Part shown: one piece after another, positions 40,020 through 48,180 of the stretch
Layout: each line of letters begins with the position of its first letter
Numbering within the stretch: the stretch's first letter is position 1
NCBI GenBank assembly: GCA_052033375.1
Contig: JBPOJQ010000006.1
Coordinates: 24,791-88,790, forward strand
Source of the DNA: Candidatus Magasanikiibacteriota bacterium
Lineage (GTDB): Bacteria; Patescibacteriota; Patescibacteriia; Magasanikbacterales; UBA922
Direction of reading: 5' to 3'
DNA: 64,000 bases
Program-made: the position numbers and the translations under genes
The notes under the pieces: generated by a model
Told to the model about the DNA's origin: nothing
Database searches by the model: none
What the model saw: the letters and a program-made list of their open reading frames with translations, nothing else

Positions 40020-40090
40020 TCGGGGATCGTCTAATGGTAGGACTACAGGTTCTGGACCTGTGTATCGGGGTTCGAATCCCTGTCCCCGAG
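40020..40090 (+). tRNA. tRNA-Gln (anticodon CUG)
   Basis: Manual fold. Acceptor TCGGGGA/TCCCCGA. D-arm GTCT-AATGGTA-GGAC. Anticodon stem ACAGG/CCTGT with loop TTCTGGA (CTG at positions 34-36). T-arm CGGGG-TTCGAAT-CCCTG. Discriminator G. CCA not encoded. Confidence 0.85.
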
Positions 40091-40098
40091 CTAAAAAA

Positions 40099-40130
40099 AG
40101 AATATCGCCAATTGGATATATTCTTTTTTT
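40099..40130 (+). terminator. intrinsic terminator after tRNA-Gln (GAATAT...ATATTC + T7)
   Basis: Seen in the sequence. Confidence 0.55.
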
Positions 40131-40142
40131 AAGTCAGAGATA

Positions 40143-40261
40143 AAGAGGGATTCGAACGAGGGAAGGGTGAAACCGTGAGGTTTCACTGGACTGAGGAAAG
40201 TACACGAAAACCCGAAGGTTTTCGTGATATGTTCGAATAGCGAAGCGCCCTGTCCCCGAGC
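40143..40261 (+). repeat. tRNA-Gln 3'-end-derived element 1: starts with an inverted copy of the tRNA T-arm/3' region (GAGGGATTCGAAC) and ends with a direct copy of the tRNA 3' end (CCCTGTCCCCGAGC); internal perfect hairpins
   Basis: Direct comparison with tRNA positions 40072-40093. Internal hairpins GTGAAACC-gtgag-GGTTTCAC and CACGAAAACC-cgaa-GGTTTTCGTG. Confidence 0.6.
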
Positions 40262-40306
40262 AAAATATAAATACACCCATATAGGTGTATTTATATTTAT
40301 GATAGT

Positions 40307-40407
40307 GAGAGGGATTCGAAGGACGCGAGAGAAGCCGAGCGTGCGAGGCTTCGGTGCGCAGCGCCCCGGTACCCGAACGGAGTGAGGGGGAATCCCTGTC
40401 CCCGAGC
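40307..40407 (+). repeat. tRNA-Gln 3'-end-derived element 2: same architecture (GAGAGGGATTCGAA ... GGGGGAATCCCTGTCCCCGAGC)
   Basis: 21-nt match to the tRNA 3' end with the TTCG of the T-loop deleted. Internal hairpin GAAGCC-gagcgtgcgag-GGCTTC. Confidence 0.6.
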
Positions 40408-40418
40408 TAGTGACAGTA

Positions 40419-40763
40419 TTAATCTTTGGCGCGACGATAAATGACACCAGTGATAATCGAAGCAATTAATGCAAAGGTTATTAGTACAGTAATCCAATTT
40501 TGAGTAACCAAATACCAGATGAGTGTTGCAAACATTTTGCAAAATCCATACACAAATTGTATGGCCACATTCAGACTTTCATAGATGATGTTAAAAATAG
40601 GAATTTGTATCATTCCTGTACTATTATTAACAATAACAAAACAGCTAATACTGATAATAGCTAATAGCGCTATAATTATCCATTCAATTTTGTGCTTTTT
40701 TGAGACCATATTATCATAAAAGACGGCGTAGCCATCTCTATATTTGTGTAGTTTTGCGACCAT
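40419..40763 (-). CDS. small hypothetical membrane protein (3 TM) at the edge of the AT-rich island
   Basis: 114 aa, hydrophobic. AT-rich composition like the island. Confidence 0.4.
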   Translation of the reverse strand: MVAKLHKYRDGYAVFYDNMVSKKHKIEWIIIALLAIISISCFVIVNNSTGMIQIPIFNIIYESLNVAIQFVYGFCKMFATLIWYLVTQNWITVLITFALIASIITGVIYRRAKD

Positions 40764-40880
40764 GTCCTAAGGAATAGTTTTTAGGTCTTAAATTTTTTTT
40801 ATTTTACGTCATTTAAGTATTAAAGGCAAGAAATTGTCTTTTTAGAATAAATTAGATACTATAGGGTAAATTACGATGCT

Positions 40881-42884
40881 ATGTATCTATCGCAACTTAT
40901 AGTAAGAAATTATAGATCAATAAAACAGTTAAATATTAATTTTGAAAAAGGAAAAAATATTATTGTTGGAAAAAATAACGCAGGAAAATCCAATATAATA
41001 AAGGCAATAGATCTTATACTTGGAGACACAAGTCCTACATACGAAAAGTTAGAAAATATAACTGATAATGATTTTTTCGGCGGTGACACTTCAAAAAACA
41101 TTTTAATTTTTGCAAAATTAAATCGTGAAGCAAAAGAACCTCTTAATTATGAGGAACTATACAAGTGCTATGGTTTTTATAGAGATACTAACCAGGTGAA
41201 TTTACCTGAAAATAATCCAGATATATTTTCTAGACATTTAGCTGTTTTATTTAAAACTAATCCTGAAGACTTGGAACGCGCAAGAAAAAAATATATTAAT
41301 CCAAAATTAAAAAATCAACGGACCTTTGAAAATGAATTTGATAACAAACATGAATTCGGCCTAGTATTTTATGCTCATAAAGATGATCACGGCAGAATTA
41401 ACAAAGAAATGAGATTTATATATAGAGAAGGATCTGGTCAAAATTGGGTGGTCGCTTTTTCGGCAGCAGCAAGGAATGGATTATTACAAAGCGCAATAAT
41501 TCCTTCTTTTAGGGATCCTCAGAATCAATTAAGAATAAGTAGTTGGAGTTGGTATGGAAAATTATTAAAAAGCGTGGTCGATCCTAATAATAAAAATTTA
41601 CAAAAAGCATTTCAAGAGGTTAAAATTGCATCTGAAGATGTTTTTTCTCAGCTTGAAACTAAAATTAATAATAGTAAAGTTAAAGTTGCTTTTCCAAATA
41701 CTAAAATTTCCTTTCAATTTAATCCAGACACTAAGCAGGACATTCATAAGAGTGCATTGGTTTATGTTGACGATGGTTTTAAGAGTCAATTACAAGATAA
41801 AGGATCGGGAATACAAAGTGCCGTGATAATAGGATTATTTGATTTTTATACACGAGAGATTGCACATCAAGGAAATTCATTGCTGGCAGTTGAAGAACCA
41901 GAACTCTATTTACATCCTCATGGACGAAGAGTGCTCTCTAACAGATTAGACGATTTTTTAGATGGGAATAAAAATCAAGTTATTATTACTACCCATTCAC
42001 CTGAATTTATTAGTACAGCAAATGATAGGTTTAATATAGTAGTGGCTTGTAAAAATGAAGAAGGAAAGACAGAGGCAAAAAATGTTAATTTTAGTAATGC
42101 TAAAGAAAGACAAATTTTAATAAAAAATCAAAATGCTGAAATGTTTTTTGCTGATTGTGTAATTTTGGTTGAAGGCGGAGGTGATAAATATATTCTTGAA
42201 ATGGTGGCTAAAAAATTTGGTGAAGAAAAAAATATAGGATCAAATTGGTTAAATGATAATAACATCTCTGTTATTCCTGTAATTGGAAAATCCGAATTTT
42301 ATAAATATGCTAAAAAATTAAAAGAAGCGAATATTGATTGTTATATTTTTGCAGATTTTGATTATCTTTGTTCAAAATTAGCAGAATGTTTAACCGAACT
42401 CGATTATAAAGAATTAAAAAATGATCATAACACTGTTAATGGTAAGATTAAAAAGATTCCAAATGAAAAATGTGAGGCGTGTAAACAAAATATTAAAGCA
42501 CAATCTTACCCTAAGAGAATAGATGAATTAACAGATAAAGCCCTAAAGACAGAGGTGGAATCTTTTATTGCAAAACTATCAGATAGTAAAATTTATATTT
42601 GTGCCGATGAATTAGAAGATCGTTATAGAGACAAAAACTTAATTAAAGGTATCAGTGGTAAAGAAGAAGCAGCTTTACATATAGTGGGGCATATTTTAGA
42701 AACTAATAAAGATATTAATGACCTTATTGAGTTAAAAGATTTTTGGAATATTTTTGATAAAATATTAGAACATAAAAAAATACCACCTAAAACACAAAAT
42801 AGCTCAGAAAAGAAAGTCCCCACAGACTTACCTAATGATCTTGATAGTAACTTAGAATTAGAATCAAATGAGAACATTTTTTAA
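40881..42884 (+). CDS. OLD-family ATP-dependent endonuclease: N-terminal ABC-type ATPase + C-terminal TOPRIM domain (GajA / P2 Old / AriAB-like)
   Basis: Walker A GKNNAGKSN. Walker B/D-loop LLAVEEPELYLHPHGRRVL. H-loop VIITTHSPEF. TOPRIM with CVILVEGGGDKYILE (catalytic Glu) and IFADFDYL (DxD). Length is 667 aa. First gene of a tight three-gene operon. Confidence 0.8.
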   Translation: MYLSQLIVRNYRSIKQLNINFEKGKNIIVGKNNAGKSNIIKAIDLILGDTSPTYEKLENITDNDFFGGDTSKNILIFAKLNREAKEPLNYEELYKCYGFYRDTNQVNLPENNPDIFSRHLAVLFKTNPEDLERARKKYINPKLKNQRTFENEFDNKHEFGLVFYAHKDDHGRINKEMRFIYREGSGQNWVVAFSAAARNGLLQSAIIPSFRDPQNQLRISSWSWYGKLLKSVVDPNNKNLQKAFQEVKIASEDVFSQLETKINNSKVKVAFPNTKISFQFNPDTKQDIHKSALVYVDDGFKSQLQDKGSGIQSAVIIGLFDFYTREIAHQGNSLLAVEEPELYLHPHGRRVLSNRLDDFLDGNKNQVIITTHSPEFISTANDRFNIVVACKNEEGKTEAKNVNFSNAKERQILIKNQNAEMFFADCVILVEGGGDKYILEMVAKKFGEEKNIGSNWLNDNNISVIPVIGKSEFYKYAKKLKEANIDCYIFADFDYLCSKLAECLTELDYKELKNDHNTVNGKIKKIPNEKCEACKQNIKAQSYPKRIDELTDKALKTEVESFIAKLSDSKIYICADELEDRYRDKNLIKGISGKEEAALHIVGHILETNKDINDLIELKDFWNIFDKILEHKKIPPKTQNSSEKKVPTDLPNDLDSNLELESNENIF

Positions 42885-42896
42885 GATTTTCATAAA

Positions 42897-44360
42897 ATGG
42901 AAAGCAATAGATTTTTTCAAAAACTAAGTGAAGTATCTCCATTAGTAAACAATTACGCGTTTAATTTTTTTGAAATATCCAAGTATGGGAGTTTTAAAGA
43001 ATCACTTGAGAAAGTAAATCATAAAGATTTCATAAGTAAATGTTACGAAGGTTTTAAAATCGCTCAGGATAAATTAATCGAAAATATTTTGGAGATTGAA
43101 TCAGAAATTGAGAAAATAAAAAGCGAAATCAATGAATATGAAAGAGGTAAAAAGAAATCATCTTTAAAAGATGATTCTCATTATTTAGGAATGAATCGAC
43201 AAAAAAATGACCTAATTTTTCAAAGAGCTTCTTTTAGAGAATTAGCCAATGTTATTGTCTGGACAATTTTTTTAGAACAAAGAACAGATATTAAGAGTTT
43301 TATAAAATTAAGTAACAGTGATGGATATTTAAAAGACAGAGATATTGAAAATTGCATAAAGGTTGCAAGACAAATAAATAATGATAGTAATACTTTTGCT
43401 CTAATTACTGACATTACCTCTACTCTTCATGTTGGAGACCTGATTGTAGTGGAAGAAGGTAAAATATCTGTAACTGAAGTTAAAAGAGATACTAAGATAA
43501 ATAATTTAATATCAAATATTGTTGAATATCCAAAAGATCCTAAAGATACAAAAATTTTTCTTGAAGAACTCATACAAACTTATGGTGTTAAGGGTGTTAA
43601 GCAGCTTCAAAGAAACATGCGTCAAATGATAAGAATGCATAATATTAAAGAGTACATTGAAAAAGATGAAGTTTTTGATTTTGATTTAAATCAAAAGAAA
43701 TATGCTTTTGAGGTTTCAACTCCGGATATAGATTTCATGAAATTCTTAGAAATGGCATTAGATGAGTTTTACAAACATGAAAGAAAAATGTTTGTTTTTC
43801 CTACAGACTGTTGTTTCGTAGGAATTGTAAGAAAAAATGGAGAAAAATCAGAAATAGCTTTTAAATTGGATTTTAAACATGACATATATCATAGACTATT
43901 TAAAAATTGGGACGAATGCGCGTTTAGTAATAAAGATAAGCCAGGATTTACAAAAGAAAATATTCCAGAAATGTTTTTATATCATAAGTTGGATATATAT
44001 TCTTTTAAAGACAAAGTATTTTTTCCGGCACAGCGGCCACTTTTTTTGAGTCTGAAACAGGAATATGTAATTGACTTGTTGACTGACAAGATTGCTATCT
44101 ATATTTATTTTGATCCAGATCGTCTAATAGAAATGGCTAAAGAAAGAAAATTAAAAATGGAATTTGTAAAAAAGACCTCGAAAATAAAAGATCATCCTTA
44201 TAAAAATGAATTTCCTTTTTTCGAAAAGGGTTATATGCAGGTAAGTAATAAGGAAACAAAACTAATAATAGGCTATGGAATTATATTGAGAATAGTTTAT
44301 GAATTGCAGTCTGGATATAATTTGATTGAACATTTAAAAGAAGACCTTAAAAAGATTTAG
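42897..44360 (+). CDS. 487-aa protein of unknown function, second gene of the OLD-family operon; possible PD-(D/E)xK-type core (LHVGDLIVVEEGKISVTEVK)
   Basis: 12-bp gap to the upstream gene. No P-loop or helicase motifs, so not a GajB/UvrD-type partner. GD...EVK spacing is compatible with a restriction-endonuclease-like fold. This is an inference only. Confidence 0.45.
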   Translation: MESNRFFQKLSEVSPLVNNYAFNFFEISKYGSFKESLEKVNHKDFISKCYEGFKIAQDKLIENILEIESEIEKIKSEINEYERGKKKSSLKDDSHYLGMNRQKNDLIFQRASFRELANVIVWTIFLEQRTDIKSFIKLSNSDGYLKDRDIENCIKVARQINNDSNTFALITDITSTLHVGDLIVVEEGKISVTEVKRDTKINNLISNIVEYPKDPKDTKIFLEELIQTYGVKGVKQLQRNMRQMIRMHNIKEYIEKDEVFDFDLNQKKYAFEVSTPDIDFMKFLEMALDEFYKHERKMFVFPTDCCFVGIVRKNGEKSEIAFKLDFKHDIYHRLFKNWDECAFSNKDKPGFTKENIPEMFLYHKLDIYSFKDKVFFPAQRPLFLSLKQEYVIDLLTDKIAIYIYFDPDRLIEMAKERKLKMEFVKKTSKIKDHPYKNEFPFFEKGYMQVSNKETKLIIGYGIILRIVYELQSGYNLIEHLKEDLKKI

Positions 44361-44366
44361 TTTATA

Positions 44367-45149
44367 GTGTTTACTATGAATTTTGATATAGAAGTTTTTA
44401 ATAAAAAAACTCAAGATTTTATTAAAGAAATAGAGCAAGAATTTGGTCATGAGATTAGAGTTGAATACATTGATTTAGAAGAAGGGCATAGTGGTTTTTG
44501 TAATGTCGATGAAACGGGTACACCAACTGTAACATTAAATTCCAATGAAAAAGATGCTGAGAAAATAAAACATTTTTTAATTCATGAAACTTATCATCTT
44601 AGATTACTATTAAATAAGTTTCCAATGTTTGCTTCTGTGGGAAATGCGCAGGTAGTCTATGTGCCAGAGTACTATAAATATATAAGTAACAATTTTTGGG
44701 ATAAAATTGTGCATTCATATTTTTATCCTAAAATAAAAAATGAACTAGATCATGATCCGTATAAACATTTCGAACCAGATTTTAATTTGATTAAAAATAG
44801 TTTATTGGAAAAGAAATTTAGTGAGAACTCAGATGACGTAAAAAAAATGCGAATAATCGGTTGGTATCACCAAATTTGGGCCGAAGGGAAAAAAGAGGAT
44901 CTATTAGAGTATGAGAGTTTAGTTAAGGAGTATCATAATAGTCTCGGTTTAAAAGAGAGCGAAAAAATGATTAAAATATTTGAAAAAAGAGATATTAAAA
45001 ATTCTAAGGATCTGATCGATATTTTCATTGAATTTTTTAATGCTATACACGAGGATAGAGAAATAATTTTAGTAAGTGAAGAGGTTAAATTGAGAGGGAG
45101 TTTTGAATTGCAGGTCGCATATTTTACTGTTTATAAGCTGGATAAATAA
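44367..45149 (+). CDS. HExxH zinc metallopeptidase-like protein (ImmA/IrrE/M78-like motif HETYH), third gene of the operon
   Basis: LIHETYHLRLL motif. 6-bp gap to the upstream gene. Length is 260 aa. Confidence 0.45.
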   Translation: MFTMNFDIEVFNKKTQDFIKEIEQEFGHEIRVEYIDLEEGHSGFCNVDETGTPTVTLNSNEKDAEKIKHFLIHETYHLRLLLNKFPMFASVGNAQVVYVPEYYKYISNNFWDKIVHSYFYPKIKNELDHDPYKHFEPDFNLIKNSLLEKKFSENSDDVKKMRIIGWYHQIWAEGKKEDLLEYESLVKEYHNSLGLKESEKMIKIFEKRDIKNSKDLIDIFIEFFNAIHEDREIILVSEEVKLRGSFELQVAYFTVYKLDK

Positions 45150-45250
45150 GTTCCTATTTCATCCCACAGCCAGAGCTAATAAAAAATACCCTATCCACGG
45201 GTATTTTGTTTTTACATTATCATGATATACTATATGCCTAATTTTAGTAT

Positions 45251-45916
45251 ATGATCGACCAACTCGTCACCTACATCCAATCACTCATCGCGACCTACGG
45301 CGCATGGGGAGTATTCCTCGCAACCATGATTGAGGAAATCATCGCCCCAATCCCCTCACCTATCGTCCCTCTTGCCGCAGGCTTTTTCCTCATCACCCCC
45401 GAGATAACATCACTCATACAAATATTGATCAAAATAGGCGTCGTCATTGCTCTCCCCGTGACCGCGGGCATTACCATAGGATCTGCCTGTGTATATGCGA
45501 TTGGTTTTTTTGGCGGGAAACCAGTACTTGATCGGACCAAAAAATGGCTGGGCTTCGGATGGGACGATGTACAAAAAGTAGAAACTCGTCTCCACAAAGG
45601 AAAGAAAGACGAATGGGTGTTATTTTTTCTCCGCATGATTCCGATTGTACCAGGTGTCGCTATTTCCGGTTTATGTGGCATCATACGCTATCCGTTTTTC
45701 AAATTCATCACTATCACCATGCTCGGGGCATGTCTGCGAGCATTCATTCTCGGAATTATTGGATGGAAAGTGGGAGAAGTATATGGCGCGTTTGCACATA
45801 CGGTAGAAAAGAGTGAAGATTATATTCTATATGCGGTTATCGGCATATTGTTCATATGGGGAGTATATTACTTTTTTAAAAAACGTACATTAAAAAATAA
45901 CATCACACAACCATAA
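45251..45916 (+). CDS. DedA/VTT family membrane protein
   Basis: GAWGVFLATMIEEIIAPIPSPIVPLAAGF is the typical DedA N-terminal motif. Length is 221 aa. Confidence 0.75.
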   Translation: MIDQLVTYIQSLIATYGAWGVFLATMIEEIIAPIPSPIVPLAAGFFLITPEITSLIQILIKIGVVIALPVTAGITIGSACVYAIGFFGGKPVLDRTKKWLGFGWDDVQKVETRLHKGKKDEWVLFFLRMIPIVPGVAISGLCGIIRYPFFKFITITMLGACLRAFILGIIGWKVGEVYGAFAHTVEKSEDYILYAVIGILFIWGVYYFFKKRTLKNNITQP

Positions 45917-45918
45917 AT

Positions 45919-46644
45919 ATGCATCGGTCATCACATGCTATTCTCGTAATCCTCACAGCACTCATCACTCTCGGTGCTGGCTGTACCAACACAGAGATGA
46001 AAAGAACTTACATCTCAAGCGATGGACCCACCGCAGAAGAACTATTTGTAAAAAAAGAATCTACGCCAACTAACAACAATCAATCGACCTCGAGCCCACC
46101 ATCTCAATTACTAGCTACTTCACCTAATTCACCTACTACAACCACAAATTCTATGGAATTCAATGCTTCAAAACATTACACTGCGATACTACATACCAGC
46201 AAAGGTAATATTGAAATCGAACTTAATTTTGGACAAACGCCAAATACGGTAAAAAACTTTGTCGATCTCGCAAGAAAAAATTTCTACGATCAGACAATTT
46301 TCCACCGCGCAATCAACGGGTTCATGATCCAGGGTGGCGACCCCAATGGTGACGGTACAGGCGGACCTGGGTATCGATTCAATGACGAGCCATTCACCGG
46401 GGAATACACGCGTGGCGCAGTGGCTATGGCAAATGCAGGCCCAAACACCAATGGTAGTCAATTCTTTATCATGCATGCCGACAACCCCCTACCAAAAGCC
46501 TATACAATCTTTGGACGTGTAATCAAAGGAATGGAAGTGGTAGATGCGATTGCAACAGACAAAGTCACGATGAGCTCATCAGGAGAAATGTCAAAACCTG
46601 TATCGCCTACATCAATTACAACCGTCGAAATTCAAGAAAAATAG
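45919..46644 (+). CDS. lipoprotein peptidyl-prolyl cis-trans isomerase (cyclophilin type)
   Basis: Lipobox LGAGC. Cyclophilin core FHRAINGFMIQGGDP ... MANAGPNTNGSQFFI. Confidence 0.9.
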   Translation: MHRSSHAILVILTALITLGAGCTNTEMKRTYISSDGPTAEELFVKKESTPTNNNQSTSSPPSQLLATSPNSPTTTTNSMEFNASKHYTAILHTSKGNIEIELNFGQTPNTVKNFVDLARKNFYDQTIFHRAINGFMIQGGDPNGDGTGGPGYRFNDEPFTGEYTRGAVAMANAGPNTNGSQFFIMHADNPLPKAYTIFGRVIKGMEVVDAIATDKVTMSSSGEMSKPVSPTSITTVEIQEK

Positions 46645-46717
46645 CTTACCATTGCTATTTTGAGAGAAATCTGATACACTCCCCGCTTATTCAAGAAATT
46701 CAATAATATACGTTCAT

Positions 46718-47248
46718 ATGGGTAATTTCAATCGAGGTGGCGGAAGATCATTTGGTGGCAAAAAATTCGGTGGCGACCGAGGTGGATTCCGAGGTGGCGA
46801 CCGCAGAGAAGGTGGCAGATCAGAAATGCATGCTGCTACGTGTAGTGAATGTGGCAACGCATGTGAAGTCCCCTTCCGACCTACCGGAGCCAGACCTATT
46901 TTCTGCAGCACGTGTTTTGGTAAGCAGAAAAGCCAGGAAGGCAAAAGTTTTGGCGGAGGATCACGTGAAAGAAGTTTTGACCGACCACGCTTTGAAAACA
47001 AACGCCCTGATTTTCGACAGGCTCCTATTCAGGACAACAAAGCAATCAACGAACTCAAACAACAGATGGAGATTATAAACAACAAACTTGAGCGAATTCT
47101 AAAAGCAGTGAGCCATGAATTTTCTGAAGAAAAACAACCAGAAAAAAAGAAAGAGTCAAAAGCACCAAAAAAATCTGAAGAGAAGAAAGAAGAAGTGGTT
47201 TCTGAAAAACCAAAAGCAAAAAAAGCTAAAACGAAAAAGAAGAAATAA
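46718..47248 (+). CDS. Arg/Gly-rich zinc-ribbon protein with Lys-rich C-terminal tail (putative nucleic-acid binding)
   Basis: RGG/GGR repeats. CSECGNAC-x13-CSTC zinc ribbon. KKxx tail. Length is 176 aa. Confidence 0.5.
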   Translation: MGNFNRGGGRSFGGKKFGGDRGGFRGGDRREGGRSEMHAATCSECGNACEVPFRPTGARPIFCSTCFGKQKSQEGKSFGGGSRERSFDRPRFENKRPDFRQAPIQDNKAINELKQQMEIINNKLERILKAVSHEFSEEKQPEKKKESKAPKKSEEKKEEVVSEKPKAKKAKTKKKK

Positions 47249-47262
47249 TAGCTTACAAAAAA

Positions 47263-47291
47263 ACATCCCGACTCAATCGGGATGTTTTTTA
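47263..47291. terminator. intrinsic terminator (ACATCCCGA-ctcaa-TCGGGATGT + T6), between convergent genes
   Basis: Seen in the sequence. Confidence 0.65.
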
Positions 47292-47305
47292 TTCAGGAAA
47301 AAATA

Positions 47306-48064
47306 TTATGATTTATTCTCATGCTGATCGCAATAATACGCAATTGCATCGCGCATGAATACTGCCAACCCTGGACGAAATTTCTCATAGTATGCAGTAA
47401 ACCGTGGATCCTCTACATACATCTTCCCCAAATTGCGAAACATCTCGTAGCTGCAATCATAAAAGAAATTCACCCCTTCATGACTTTGCTTAATAAGCTT
47501 CTGTACATCAGAGTGTTCAATTCCCTTATCCATCGCGTCAGCAATTGCCTGCGTATGCTTTTTTCCATCTGCTTTTAGTTTTTCCATTTCTTTTTTTGTC
47601 ATCGTACCCACTTTCGCCATACTCTGACGGTACGCGTCGCTATTCCCCCACCGCTCCTTTACTTCATCCTGATACTGTTTTACCTCAGCGTCTTTGAACA
47701 CGTCATACAGTTCCTCATCGTTAATTTTGTGATTATTACTCATAGTTTTAATAGTTTTATTAATTGAATTAATTAATTTTTCAAGTCTCGCCTGCTTTAA
47801 TCGTATTAATTTTTTCTGATCTTTCAGCGCTTCGACTACGCTAAACTGAGGACGATTAAGCATACGCTTGATGTCTTCCAGTGGAAACTCTAGTTCGCGG
47901 AAAAAGAGTATTTGTTGCAAACGAATAAGTTCGGCATCCTCGTAATAACGATATCCATTCTTTTTGATGACCGAGGGCTTCAAAAGACCAATTTCATCAT
48001 AGTAATGAAGGGTGCGAACACTAATTCCTGCCAATTGTGCGAGACTGTGGACGGTATACGACAT
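47306..48064 (-). CDS. MerR family transcriptional regulator with TipAS-like C-terminal effector domain (Mta/TipAL-type)
   Basis: MSYTVHSLAQLAGISVRTLHYYDEIGLL gives the MerR HTH. A coiled-coil linker and a C-terminal roughly 140-aa TipAS-type domain follow. Confidence 0.8.
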   Translation of the reverse strand: MSYTVHSLAQLAGISVRTLHYYDEIGLLKPSVIKKNGYRYYEDAELIRLQQILFFRELEFPLEDIKRMLNRPQFSVVEALKDQKKLIRLKQARLEKLINSINKTIKTMSNNHKINDEELYDVFKDAEVKQYQDEVKERWGNSDAYRQSMAKVGTMTKKEMEKLKADGKKHTQAIADAMDKGIEHSDVQKLIKQSHEGVNFFYDCSYEMFRNLGKMYVEDPRFTAYYEKFRPGLAVFMRDAIAYYCDQHENKS

Positions 48065-48180
48065 AGATAGGATCCTATAATACCTATACTAAACTATAAC
48101 GTAACGTTAGGGTCAAGAAAAGTTATCAACACGAGCACTCTGAGAGCAAAATAAAGTAAATATGCTATAATTTTGACACT

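Noticed and set aside
40131-40411. A second tRNA or tRNA pseudogene on the minus strand suggested by GGGATTCGAAC strings
   Set aside because: Folding the reverse complement gives a T-loop-like TTCGAAT, but no complementary T-stem or acceptor stem, and no anticodon arm. These are better explained as inverted and direct copies of the tRNA-Gln 3' region (repeat elements).
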